DNA of 64,000 nucleotides from Mytilus edulis (GCF_963676685.1 NC_092346.1:86552001-86616000); one strand, 5' to 3'. Shown: positions 25,041 to 38,896, counted from the stretch's first letter. Program-made: numbers and translations. The notes: generated by a model from the letters alone, not told the origin.

Positions 25041-26583
25041 ACCGGATCACTATCACTAAGGCTCGACAAAAACACTTCAAATCCTCTTTCAATCTAATGT
25101 ATAAAATAATTGAAATCTAAATCTGCAGACGTAGCATAAAAAATTCCAAAATTATACGAAAACTCTGTCAGTCGGATCAAACTTATTTGTAGCCATCATT
25201 TTAAAAAGAATTTACAAATACAACACCAAATCTGCAGGCGTTACAAAAAAAGTCAAGACAAGTACAATGGTCGCATTTCAGTAAATTAGATAAAACAAAT
25301 AAAAACAGTACTCGATCTGTAAATCATCATTCGTGGAAACTCCCCATCAATACTGCATAAAAAAAAATAGTCAAGACAACTGTTAAAATTGTTACAATAT
25401 AACCCCTATTGACGGGGATACAAAAATACATAGAATAATATTTAGAAAAGCCTTTACAAGAAAACGGGAAATAGGACATAGCAATTGCAATTAAACAACA
25501 TACCACATAAGCACATTACATAAAAAATGTGAAACAATTTAAAACTATAGAAAACAAACGCCGTAACTTATTCAATTCAATACTGGTATACAAAAAACAA
25601 ATATAACAGACATTTTTTATATAAATAAGACCGTTGGTTTTCCCGTTTGAATGGTTTTACACTAGTAATTTTGGGGCCCTTTAAAGCTTGTTGTTCGGTG
25701 TGAGCCAAGGCTCTGTGTTGAAGGCCGTGCAATTGACCTATAATGGTTTACTTTTATAAATTGTTATTTGGATGGAGAGTTGTCTCATTGGCACTCATAC
25801 CACATCTTCATATATCTATAAACCAACAACAACAACTGGATTACAGGCTTCTGTATGACGGGACTAGCACATAAAGAATATGATGAGGTTGAAAAAAAAA
25901 AAAATATTGAATTGAATTGAATTGTTTGTGAGCGCTGAACCCTCCACATGACCTGGGACACCCATAAGAACAGGTGCCTAAATATCGATGTATGCTATTG
26001 ATAAATTGATAATGAGCTTACGTTTGGCTGTGAGGAATATTTAAATAACCTCAAAATACAAACAAATAATTTTAATTAACTGTTGGTTTGTTTGTGTATT
26101 TGTAACTATATTTTTTTTCAATTTCGAAGGTAGTTTAAAATAAATGATAGGATGAAATCTATATATAAAAAAAATGCCACACATGTATGTTGTCGTTGAT
26201 GATCAAATGTTGATACCATATCTTGAACAATCGCTGTTATTTTTATTCAAATGTTTTCAGACGCTATCCTGTTTTTAAAATGTCCACTTGTAGAGGCAAC
26301 CGACTTATGTAACAGTTGATGCCAATACGGTCTTCTTTAGACAATGTCCTTGGTTTTTTTTTGTGTCGTTCGGTTGGCTTGCTGACTCATTGACGTATAT
26401 CATAATAATCTTTTACTCGTAATTGTAACATGTATTTTAACATTGAAATAATATAATAAGTTTTCACTCTATTACACGAACATTACACCTATTGACAATT
26501 TTACTTATAGGATATGGCATATCCTTCCAATTGCCATACTTTATATAGATAAAACAACATGTAACAATTACATATTTACTGAG

Positions 26584-29500
26584 TTATACACTAACTTCTT
26601 TAATGTATGAAGATAAATGTTCTAATCCAGCTTTGTATGAATCATAAAATGAATAAATCATAAATCCATGTTCTACTCCATCCCAATGTTTATAGTTTAA
26701 AGGATGATTTATTCGTCGTAGGCGATGTCCCAAAATCATTCCTTCGTCCCGTAAACCGTCATATTCTGCTGTTATAAGGTAAGTTTTGGGAAGAAGCTTT
26801 AGCTCTTCGTCTGTTGCCATTAATGGTGCGAAATAAGGATTAAGTATAACATTGGCAACTTTGTTTGCAATTTCTATATTTTCTTTAGAGTTATCATCGT
26901 CTGGTATCATTTGGTACTTCCACGTTAGTTGGCTTGGATCGACCAATTTTCGGTATTTCTTCTTTGTTTCACGTGTTGTATGAGTGTTTTCTTTAAAATA
27001 TTCCACGTACTGATCCCCGCCAAAACCATACAGATTATAGTAATGTATCATTGTAGTCTTGGTAACAGGTGTATAAGTATTTCTCATAGACAAATCAAAC
27101 TCCCTGTACGACGATAAGTTGTAATCCATAGCTTGTAATATAGGGTAAATGAGACCTTGGAAATTTAACTTCGGTGTAATGTTTTCTTTCCCAAAATACA
27201 GGGAAACTGCCATTGCCAAATTTCCACCAGCACTATCACCTGTGAAACAAGAATGTGTCCTCAGTACACGAATGCCCCACTCGCACTATCATTTTCTATG
27301 TTCAGTGGACCGTGAAATTGGGGTAAAATCTCTAATTTGGCATTAAAATTAAAAAGATCATATCATAGGGAACATGTGTACCAAGTTTGAAGTCGATTGG
27401 ACTTCAACTTCATCAAAAACTACCTCGACCAAAAACTTTAACCTGAAGCGGGACAGACGGACGAACGGACGAACGAACGAACGAACGAACGAACGAACGG
27501 ACGGGCGGACGCACAGACCAGAAAACATAATGCCCCTCTACTATCGTAGGTGGGGCATAAAAACAAGATTAAGGTAATATTTTAAAAATGCTTAATGAAA
27601 GTGTCTTAATAAAATTTGCATTTGTTTAATGCAAGAACAGTGTATGTTGCACTTTATTTTAGGACAAAGAGAAAATTATCGTGTTTTTCAATTAGGTTTT
27701 GTTTTCTCTCATGCATTTTATTCCATGGGTAGCATTTGAGTTATATTCATTACGGAGACTACACATAATAATGGCAATGTACGTTCAGGTTCTGACATGC
27801 GTGCATACATCAATCTTTGGGTAAGATATAGCTTAGTGTTCATATTCAGTCGTTTATTTTTTTAATATCTATTAAAATGATTGAAAATCTTTAACTCATT
27901 AATCAATGAAAACAAATGTAACTTCAAAGCATTTCTAGCACATGATATGCGTAATGTAGCCAATATATTCATTATTACCTGCAACGCCAATTTTTGAGGA
28001 ATCAACACCAAATACAGCTGCATTTTTCATAAAATATTTGGTTGCTTTCACACAATCATCAAACGCTGCTGGGAATACATGTTCTGGTGCAAGCCTGTAG
28101 CTATGATGAATAAAATAAATGGGACATCATTCAGTACAATTATTTAAAAATAACAAATTAAAAAGTGGTCACTATAGTTTAATTGGTATAAAAAATAATA
28201 ATATGTTACACCCCTTAACTGTCAATTTATTATTTCTTGATAGAGACAAGTTATCTTATATATTGTGTTTTTATTACTTTTTACCCTTCCACGTCTGGTC
28301 TGTGTTTTAGTGTGATGTTATTCTACTTTGTATCGATTTGACGAGTGAAGCCTTTTTTTTTAATGTGCTGTTACACCACTCTCCCATGTTAGCGGAGGGT
28401 TGAGCGCTCACAAACATGTAAAACCCCTCCAAATGTTTTGAGTCTGACCCAAGCCAGGAGCCTGTAGTTCAGTGGTAAGCGTTGGTTCATGTCTTTTATG
28501 TCTGTTTTTCTTGTTTTCTTATGATATGATATAAATTAGGCCGTTAGTTTAGTAAATTGGATTGTTTCATATTTTTCATACCGCCGACTATAAGGTATTT
28601 GGTTTCTTATTGTTGAAGGCCGTATGGTTGCCCATAATTGCTTACATCCACTTTATATGACATAACTGTATTTTGTTGGATAGGTGTCTCATTGGCAATC
28701 ATATGTCACCGGGGAAATGGGTGACTTATGAGGTTGTGCAACAAGAGCCTGACTGAATGGCCTCTTGTTCTGAAACTGTGTGATGGACCTGATCACACAA
28801 CGAACGATTGCTCTGAATAGCAATGAGAACTACGGGTGAAACCTAACTTTTGAGACTCTGGAACAAAAACGCGATGAATAAACCAATAATTCAGCATGGA
28901 ATACTAATACTTATATTACAGATGGACTGTGTTCGGTGTAAAGTCCCGAGTCCAAATCTTGCTTTTTCAAATTATAAGCAATTGAAATGACAAGAATACA
29001 CATGACAAATAACAATTAGTTTGAGTGATATTGTTCACTGACAAAGGTTAAACTATTTTTAGAACTTGAAGAATAAATATTAAATGATAATCTGATTATG
29101 ATAATTAAGAACATACATTATGAATAAGGTAAAATGTCACTAATTAGCTAACAGAGTATTACATGTCACTCAATATCCAAACTGAGAATTAAATGCATAT
29201 CAAAGCATGTTGATTTTAAGTCCTGGATACGAAATGTAAATAGAAACGAAATTATAAAATAGAATGAATTATAAAACACAAAAAATTAAAGTCTAAAATA
29301 TCACAATTGAGAATTTTATATTTAAGTCCAAAATATTAAACGAAGCTGCTTTTTCCCTGGTCACACATACACAAACCACATCTACTTATTTTTACAATTC
29401 AGCAATACTTCAGAAAAAATAAAGATGAATACTTTATATTTTTCACGATTCCTAGTTAAAATTCACCAAGTCAAAATTGTGTAAAATGACATATATCCCA

Positions 29501-32326
29501 TTTACTGATTTTGACTTAGTTCACAGTTTTATAATTAACGTGAGAATAAGGTATTTATACGATAAAGCTATCAGATCGTCGACATACACTAATCTAATAA
29601 TCGCTGTGAATATAAGATAGACCGATAGTAAATGAGTTTTTTATTCACCTGTGTAAATACTTACTCTACTGAAATGACTATTGCTTGGGTCTTTTTAGCA
29701 AGAGCTCTGGTAAATCTATCGTATCCGTCTTTAAAAAACACCAAAAAGTTAACAAAAAAAATCGACTATCATATTTTTTAAAATTTAATTGTTACTATTT
29801 TCAAAACAATTCATCATTTGACAAGATCAGAAAAATCAGAAATTACAGCCTTTCAAAAACGCCTTTCTCCCCCTTTTTTTAATAAATTTACACTTTATTG
29901 TAACGAACTGAATTCTATCGCATAAATACAACACCGGACTCGCATCTCAGTGGCCATACAAATGTGTGAATTCGGAGTTTATCATTCGTTCCCTGTTTCG
30001 TTTAATAGAGTTATTGTACGGTAGAACGATATATGCCTTTTCAAGTAAAAGAAAAACTACAGTATCATTTGTGTAATTAAAATTCTTTTTATTGTGTTTA
30101 TATCGCTCGATGGAAGTTCAATGCAGTATTATCATTTATATTTTTGTTAAGAAATTTCCACATGCTCCGGATTCGTCTTTCCGTTTTATTATACGTGTCT
30201 AATTCTTACCGACGCTTAACAATGACCAGCCACCTCCATGTATATACACAACACCGGGTCGTAATTCTTTTGACGGTGTTGTTGGTTTGAATATTCTAAC
30301 GCCAATGCCATCAAATGTACCTTCTTCTGCCTTTAATATATGATAAACAAAAAATTTATAAAAAAAACCCTTTAAGTTATATCATTATACTCAGTTCAGG
30401 ATTTTTATCACATGAATACAAACCATTCAATTACCTACCATTCCTTTTACTTTAGCCAAGAAACATAGACGATAGTTTTCCTAATGCAATGAATGTTGTA
30501 AACGTCCAAACTATCGGCGAAATGGAAGCGGCTGCAATGCAGATGTTAAAGGCGCACTAGCTGTCATATTCATATTAACCGATTTGACTCAAAAAATATT
30601 TGCAAGTGAATAATTCATCATCAATTTTACTTAGCTTGTTTTGACAAAATGGACCATACTGGCTACTAAAAGTAAATTATTATTTCACTTTTTCACTTTC
30701 ATTAATGATTGAACAAAAAAAATCATACTATAGATTGTTTACATATCTCGTAGCTAGTGCCCCTTTAACATTGCTTATCCGCAACAACTTAACATTTTGA
30801 AGCTCCAGACCAAATATTAAATCAGTCCTTTTCATAGATGTTTGACGAAAGTTTTCCAAGTATAAAGAGTCTTGTAAAATGCTAGAAAAGTTTGACGAAA
30901 GTTATATACTCATTCTATTTCCCACAGACGGGGTCGATTAGTTTTATATACTTGATTTCGCTTTGGCGACGCAGTTGAAACCAACAGTATCATCTATTGG
31001 AATGATACGATCGTATATGACTGATAAACGAAATATTTGTACGCGCACTCTTAAATCGGTACTTTGTGGGTTTTGTTTCCATTTGTACAGTGTGTTTCGT
31101 GCATATCTGTTAAGTTAAGTCCTTTCCTATTGTTATTTACAGATAGTTATTATGTAGCGTTTTTTTTTGGTCAGAATTCAATACCTGTTACATCTCATGT
31201 TCATATCATACATGGGCTTAACAATTAAAAAAGGACACAAAATTGATTTTTTTTTATACCTGAATGCCTTCTATTTTAGGATGTAAATATTTTCCAGCCA
31301 TCAGAGACATATCCGTTACTGCACGAGTTGCATTTAAGCGTGAAAATCCAAACAATTCAGCAAGACGTCCCTATATGAAAAAGAAAAGATATTTACTTGT
31401 ATATATTTTTTCATAATCATGTGCCAATGTAGAATATATCTGATTTATCGAAAACATACCTGAAGGCAAAAGAAACACTCATTTCAAAGCTTAGTAATAT
31501 GACTTAAAACCACGGCTCATAATTATCACTTTCAGTAACATGTAGCAGTAATATCAATGTTTGAAGAAGAAAGAATGTTTCAATTTATACTCGTGAACCT
31601 TGTCAGGGTTTTTTTTTTGTACTTGGGGAAAATCTTGCGATTGTTTTCGATAATTTATTTTGTTGATAACTTGTGAACACTCGTGGCGATTTAGAACTTG
31701 GTATATCTGTGGTTTAGCCAATTGACCGTTGCTAAAGATCACATATTTCCTTATTGTGTTGTTAGATTGTTGCCTTATTGATAATTACTCCAGAAAGGTT
31801 TTTTTTTAACAAGCTAGGAATATGACAGTTGAAAATCATTTGTTTGATGTGTTTTTTTTCTGATTTTGCCATTTGATTAGCCTAAGGGATTACTTTTTTT
31901 TTAATTTACCTCAGTATTTTTGTGATTTTCCTTTTTTTTTCAAAAAGAAGCAAAAAAGACGCTTATTGCCTAGCGCTTTTAAAAAGAACGCGGTTACATA
32001 AGACGCATGACATTCATAAAGTATCATTTTAATTTTAATTAGAACGATAGCATTGTCTTCAAATATGACTCGATTTTTTTTTCTTTGTTTGCTTTTGATA
32101 TATATATACATGTACATCTTATACTAAAAAACAGTTGTATAGTTCGGTGAATTCAGCAGTGAAAGTAGAAAAGGAAATATATTATACTTACAACATCGTC
32201 AACAATTTTGAGCGTTAATGCAGGAATGTGTTGTTTATATGGTTCAATGGCATCTTCAGGAAGTGGAATGTAAGCGTAATACGCCACGGAAAATAGAATG
32301 ATGGGTGCAATTACCCATCGTTTCAT
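26584..32326 (-). CDS. Arylacetamide deacetylase / neutral cholesterol ester hydrolase-like (HSL family alpha/beta hydrolase), 6 coding exons, 402 aa
   Basis: Exons 32326-32192, 31370-31260, 30330-30210, 29728-29665, 28100-27979 and 27239-26584 total 1209 nt in frame. Motifs seen: N-terminal hydrophobic anchor, HGGG, YRLAPEH, GDSAGG, AEYDGLRDEG, HGF. Confidence 0.92.
27246..27562 (-). mobile_element. Helentron/DINE-1-like non-autonomous element (HINE)
   Basis: The minus strand starts TTTTTATGCCCC with a short hairpin (ATGCCCC..GGGGCAT), has a (CGTT/CGTC)n microsatellite and ends TCTTGTT. It is inserted in a T-rich site. Confidence 0.75.
28704..29365. mobile_element. Solo LTR (Gypsy-like) or Ginger-type element, 662 bp
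   Basis: Termini TGTCACCGGGGAAA...TTTCCCTGGTCACA, flanked by a 4-bp CATA duplication (28700-28703 and 29366-29369). It interrupts a family-A repeat. Confidence 0.75.
30550..30764. mobile_element. Internally deleted copy of the Kolobok-type MITE, in opposite orientation
   Basis: TTAA|AGGCGCACTAG...TAGTGCCCCT|TTAA; both halves match the ends of 17813-18426. Confidence 0.8.
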
Positions 32327-32480
32327 TGTAAATCAATGGTTGATGAATGGAATGATAGAATTGTCTAAAGAAAATATAAAATACTTTAGTAACGTGTTAT
32401 TGATAAACTCTATTTGTATAGACAAAATGTCAACTCAAATTCTTTTAAAAAATCATACAAAGAAATATGTTAGTTGTTAA

Positions 32481-33711
32481 AGCCCCAGTCCCACTAGACC
32501 ACGATCGCACCACGCTCACCGCGATCTAAAATAAATTTAGATCGTGGTGAGGTCGCGGCATGAGCGGCATGAAAATGAAAATTTTCGTTTCTTTCACGAT
32601 GCTACTACGTCATCTCTACGCTTCTACAAAGATCCCGCTACGATTATACCACGTTCTCACCGCGCTTATTCTGCGACCTCACTACGCTTATCAAGATCTT
32701 GCTACGCTCTTCACGTTCTCACTACGACCATACCACGAGTTATCCGATTGCAACACGATCTTACTGCGATTATAACACGTTCTTACCACGATTATACTAC
32801 GTTCATAGCGCGATCTTACTACGTTCTCAGCAATTTAACGTCAACATCGTGTTCCATATCAATACAGTTCAATATTCCTTCTATTTCTGATTAAATCGTA
32901 GATTTCTCGGAAACAATACAGTCATGCCACCAAAAGGAAGATGTGGTATGAATGCCAATGAGACAACTCTCCATCCAAGTAACATTTATAATAGTAAACC
33001 ATTATAGGCCAAGGTACGGCCTTCTACACGGAGCTTTAGCTCACACCAATCAGCACGTTATAAAGGATCCAAAATATTACTAGTGTTAAACCATTTAAAC
33101 GGGAAAACCAACGGTCTAATAACGAGAAGCATGGTTGAGCCGTTAGAGCAAATAGATAATTACATTCAAACAAACAAAATCTAGGGAGCTTTTTTATATA
33201 TTTTATGTGAAAATGACAATGAGAATGATGATCGTAGTGTGAACGTAGTCAGATCGTAAGAAGAGCGTGATGAGGACGGCAAGGGCGTGCTAGAATCGTA
33301 CTATGGTCGTGAACAGCGTGGTATAGTCGTAGTGAAAGCGTAGTTGGGTCGCAGAGAGAACGTGATGGTCGTAGTGAGGTCGTGATAACGTCGCTGTGCG
33401 ATAGTAGCGCAGTCTCTCCGAATAGAATCACGCTTTCGCTACGCTCTCACTACGATTGTACAGCGACCTTTGCGATCTTACTACGATCTTAGTGCGCTCT
33501 CACTACGCTTCTACTACGACCTGATTTCGCCACGACCGCACCACGATTGTTTTGAACATGTTCAAAGTTGGCCACGCTCTTCACGATCTTGAAGACCTCA
33601 CAACGACCGTGATACGACCTTACTGCGATCTACACGATCGCACTACGATCATAAAAATTTGCATTTTTTTCACAGATCGTAGTGCGATCGTGGCCTAGTG
33701 GGACTAGGGTA
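32481..33711. mobile_element. Non-autonomous TIR element with TTAA flanks and internal ACGAT/ACTACG micro-repeats
   Basis: The left end AGCCCCAGTCCCACTAGACCACGATCGCACCACG matches the reverse complement of the right end TACCCTAGTCCCACTAGGCCACGATCGCACTACG. TTAA at 32477-32480 and 33712-33715. Confidence 0.8.
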
Positions 33712-33715
33712 TTAA

Positions 33716-33812
33716 GTGATATAGATGCAATGGATAAGCGTTGATTCGTGAAAAACAAACCATTCGCCCTCCGGTTTTTCATGAATCAACGCTTATCCAT
33801 TGTATCTATAAC
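33716..33812. repeat. 97-bp near-perfect palindrome (mini-MITE or hairpin) with TTAA flanks
   Basis: 37-bp arms with 2 mismatches; TTAA at 33712-33715 and 33813-33816. Confidence 0.8.
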
Positions 33813-34284
33813 TTAAACTATTGTGTTAATGTCTTGTCAAAATTAACGCCTATTCTTAATTAGAAGGTATTGTAAGTGAGTTCAAATAACCATGTTATCG
33901 TGTCAAACGATCCATTACAATTAAATATCACAAATAAATGTTTAAAAATACAAATACATTATTACACAACACGTCTGCCCTTTAAGATCTTCATATTATC
34001 AGGCATCTGAATATTATCTGTTTATACAAAATAAGTTCTATTCGGACTCATTTCTATTAAAATTGAAAATGGAAAAAGATACATATAGTGCATATAATAA
34101 GTGTGTTTCCGAAATTTTTTAACACGAAGCCTAATTCTAGGCACATAACGATTTTCTAGCATAGGAATTTGCGAATTAACATTTGTAAAAGTATGTAGTA
34201 AAACAGATGAAATCATATTATATTAATTTATAAAACAATAATGGACAAAAATAATGTATTCATTTTTATTTCAAACATGTGGAA

Positions 34285-34697
34285 TATAAAAAAAGAAGAT
34301 GTGGTATGATTGTCAATGAGACAACTCTTATTATGAGACCAAAATAACACAGAAACTAACAACTATAGGTCACCATACGGCCTTTAACAATGAACAAAGC
34401 CCATACCGCATAGTCAGCTATAAAAGGCCCCGAAATGACAATGTAAAACAATTCAAACGTGAAAACTAATGGCTTATTTATGTAAAAATTGAACAAAAAA
34501 CCCACTGAATTACAGCTATGCTCCTGACTTGGGACAGGCACATACATACAGAATGTGGCGGGGTTAAAAATGTTAGCGGGATCCCAACCCCCCTAACCTG
34601 TGACAGTGGTATAACAGTACAACATAAGAACGGACTATAAAAATCAGTTGAAACAGGCTTAACTCATCAGATGGACAGAAAAACAAGTGGACGTGGA
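34285..34697 (+). repeat. Interspersed repeat family A, long copy
   Basis: Colinear with 15125-15525. Confidence 0.8.
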
Positions 34698-37600
34698 ATA
34701 GCCAACATTTATCCGATTATAAACGACTAAACTCGCTTTTATATGTCTATCCCAAATTACTTGTCTATCTTTTACGACTAAACTCGCTTTTATATGTCTA
34801 TCCCTATTACTTGTCTATCCCAAATTCATGTATTTGGTTTTCTTGTTATATTTGTTATTCTCGTGGTGTTTTGTCTGATGCTTGGTCCGTTTCTGTGTGT
34901 GTTATGTCGTTGTTCTCCTCTTATATTTAATGCGTTTCCCTCGGTTTTAGTTTGTTACCCCGATTTTGTTTTTTGTCCCTGGATTTATGAGTTTTGAACA
35001 GCGGTATACTACTGTTGCCTTTATTTATTACACAAAATATCCACAATAACATACAAAACAAGAACAAAAACTGGAAAACCAGAGATTATTGACAACAAAG
35101 AGAATTCAGGGATTCGAACCTAAACAGACAAGACCTAAACTTTACCTCATTAATCTTAACAATGAAACCTCGTGGCTACCAACTTATACTGTACGTTTGC
35201 CTATTATTAATATATAAAGGTACAAGCCCTGTGTGTATGTTGAACCGATGTATATCATTTATTCATTTTTATATATAAAATAAACATATAAATCGTAACC
35301 AATTGGTAGCCCAGAGGTTTCATCGATATGTTGAAGTCAGTAACATTTAACAGAATTCATGGACGGGTTCGATTCCCAGTGAAGGCATACAGAAATTACA
35401 AAAATTAAAGGTAAGTTTTTAAAATAATTCCATTTGTGAACAGAAATCAGTAAATTAGTCAATTCAACCTTAATGAAATTAGACACACAAAGGAAACAAA
35501 ATATAATCTGGTGAGTCCATTTCAGCGACGGATTTAGGAAGCGTAGATTCTTTAATAGTTATACCAAGTCCGAATGGGATAACTATTTTACATCCCAGAT
35601 TTTAGATTAGACGGAAAACCATTTACAATTCATAAAATCTAGTTTAGAATGCCACACGACCATTATAATATACTTTATATATTACTATATGATGTATACC
35701 CTTAATGACCCTCAAACACGATGAGTAGATATCAAATAAGGTCAACTCGCCCTACTTACCAATCGGCCCACACTATATCGCCACTTTATAAAAAAAATTC
35801 CCCCACTCTTGTTTACCGACTCGCCCCACTTTTGAAAAAGTGTAAAATCAAATTGAACAATCAGTCTGAAAACTCACTTATTCATGTTATTAACGAAAAA
35901 GGTTTAAACCCCACTGAATAAAGGTTTGACAACTCGCCCCACTTATAAAAAGATCTTGCTTCCTTTAAGTATGTCAGATTACTATTATTTCGTATCCAGT
36001 CGTCCTGGTGTTATATTATGAAGGAACTTCTATTCCGTGACAGTAGTATGTGTCGTGGCTTGATATGCTAAAGGTCTTGAGTTCGAATCCCAGCATATAC
36101 ACTGTATTTTTTCTACGTGAATTTTGATAGATAGTCTTTTCCGTATAATTAATTACTAGTATAAGTTTTATAGTGGATTTGACATTCCCGCCAAAATGTT
36201 ACAGAACAAAGGAAAGCATGCATAACAAAGAAACACAAACTGGGGTGATCTGGTAGGGGTGATCCGGCTCAGATCACCCCTGTTAGAACAAAGGAGCTGG
36301 GATGTAAAGAAAAAGAATTCACGGTAAATGAATAGGCTGACGTCACCACAATGGTTTAAGAACTTACATGTTGTTCCTGTATTCGGTTTTGTAAAATTAG
36401 CATGAGTTTTCATTCGAACATGTTAATAATTGCTGTGAAACTTTTTCTTGGTGCTTTCTTTTTAGTAAATTGTGTCGAGGATTGAAGTATTTGTTTACGT
36501 TATACATCTGATAGGCTGCTATTGACTCTTGAATTCATTGGCGTTTTCCATTTTAAGTGCCTAGATACATGTTTTAGCATGCCCATAAGCATTATTTGAA
36601 TATACAAATGAAGATATGTTGTATGAATGCCAATTTAACAACTATCCATCGGAGTTGAAATGAAGTGATGTTAATATAATAAATGCCACATTATGTCCTT
36701 CAACAATGAGATAAATACACACGTTTGTACAGTAAAGTCAGCTATAATAAACCCCGACGTTATACTAATCTATTTATCTAACGTCCTTGTAATTCTTATA
36801 TGATAACTCGGTGGGATAATATTTGCACGTACTCTTCACACCCTGTATGTTGGTCTTATAGATACCTTTTATTTTCAAATGTACTTTACACATTATTATG
36901 TTATTAATACATGAACCAAGATCTGATTTGATACAATGCAAAAGTACGTTTGAAATAAACAATAAAGTACGTTTAGAAAAATAATAATAATCTAATACTT
37001 GGGCTTACCTTGTCCACCTAAAATCCAGGTTATCATGAGTTATCCATGTGATTTAATGATATCTAATGTCATAAGTTTACAATTTATCATTTTACAAATG
37101 CACATGGTAAAATTGTACACACTATACATGTAAATACATTTACCCGTTTACATAGGTGTCTAAAGGAATCAATTTAATCTTTTGATTTAAATACATGTAT
37201 ACATTTATGTGCTTTTAGAGAGAACATGTTGATAATAGCACAGAATAATACTCATTATCTATAATACTTTTTTGTTAGTACATTTTTTTAGTACAATACG
37301 AAATATTGCATTGTCCTTTCCATATAAATACAATTGGTCAGTCATAACCTACAAATATAGAAAAGTGAAGAAAACAAAATATATTTAAAGTGGTTTATTT
37401 TATACGCTTTATCATATATTTCAACAGGAGAGTTATATTATATCAGTTGGAAAGCAGGTCACGGTTTGACCCCAAGTTTATCAGCAACAATAGAGTCACG
37501 TGACCGTGAAAATTCAGTAAAAAAACGGATGAGACAAACCTCTTTTTAACTCACTGAATACTATTGTCGTAATAAAAACTTATTGACCTAACTAATCTTG

Positions 37601-38896
37601 AGTATCCATAGTTTATTCTCGTCAAAGCTCACACATCAAATCAAAGTCCTTTATTCTTTATTTTATCTGCAAACTTGGAGTTTGGGTGAAAATTGTCAAG
37701 TCTCCTAAACGAAAAATCTAAATATTTACGAGGAAACTAAAAATGATGGGCTGAATTTAAATTTAATAAAGCATCTCATTAAGACAAACACTCGATATGA
37801 ATATCTCGGCAATAGAATGTTGGATACGCAAACGTCAAATTGATTTCAAACCGAAGCGGTGGTTTTTATGCCGATTTGTTCAAGTGGTTATCTCCTCTTA
37901 ATATCACCAGTCAAAAATAAAAACCCAGCAAAATGCATAAAAATTAAAAAAGGAGTTTACTTTACAAAAATTAGAAAGAAAATAAACTAAACTCAATTTA
38001 TAACTATGTTATGATAATATAAAGAATACTTTCTCCTATTTTTCAGAGAAGGACTAAATGTAAATATTAAAAGACAAAATATTACTGCAGTAAAATAAAA
38101 ATAATTCAAAAATGTGGATAATGACACCTATACATGTAAAATGAAAAACCTAGCTATATTGAAAGAAATTAGATCTGGCGGATGAAATATACTACATGTA
38201 ATTTTTATATGTGGGATCATTCCTAGCAGAATTTTTTTATAAACACTTCTGATTATATTTAATGCAATAAAACATAGTTTATACAATTTCCATAATCTTT
38301 CTGAAAATTGATATAATTATTAAATAAATAGTACTGATCATATATATTTTATATTCTATAAAGTGTGACCAAGTTGAACAGTAAAATACAAAAAAGGGAT
38401 TTATAAGTTTTATACCAAAAACATTGACAGAAATTCTGTAAAAAAATATGCTTTAAATTATAAGTGAAAGTGACACAATTTTGAATTTCAGAATCATTAT
38501 TATTGTAAAATTGAACTATTAGATTAGCTTGCACAGTAGCCCTTTGTCTTATTTCTCAGGGTATTTTATAGATTATGAAAGTAAACTTTTTGGAAAAAAT
38601 GGGGCTTCTTCTCTTGAACAGGTTGCTGTATCAGCTTCTTTTTTAAAATAATTACATATTTATAAACAAAGTTTTGTGTATATACTTTACCCGAATACTA
38701 GTAATAGGAAATTAAATGAAACTGGTGGGACAAATCTGGTGCATTTTACTTCAATAATGATCAAAGATGCTTAAATTTGACAAGAATTTGCCATTTGAAT
38801 CAATTCAATTTTGTAAGAACACATCTCTATGAATAAACTTCATATAGATCTCTTTACGGATAAAACGCGCATAGCAGTTCGCGCATAACAAAGCGT

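Noticed and set aside
32544-33431. ORFs of 60-116 aa
   Set aside because: They arise from low-complexity micro-repeats inside a TIR element and show no domain motifs.
34724-34822. Tandem duplication of about 50 bp
   Set aside because: Simple local duplication with no further structure.
36050-36100. tRNA gene (GAGTTCGAATCCC)
   Set aside because: Isolated B box with no cloverleaf; probably a repeat fragment.
38550-38843. Possible coding remnant in the left arm of the outer element
   Set aside because: Only short open stretches in different frames, with no recognisable motif.
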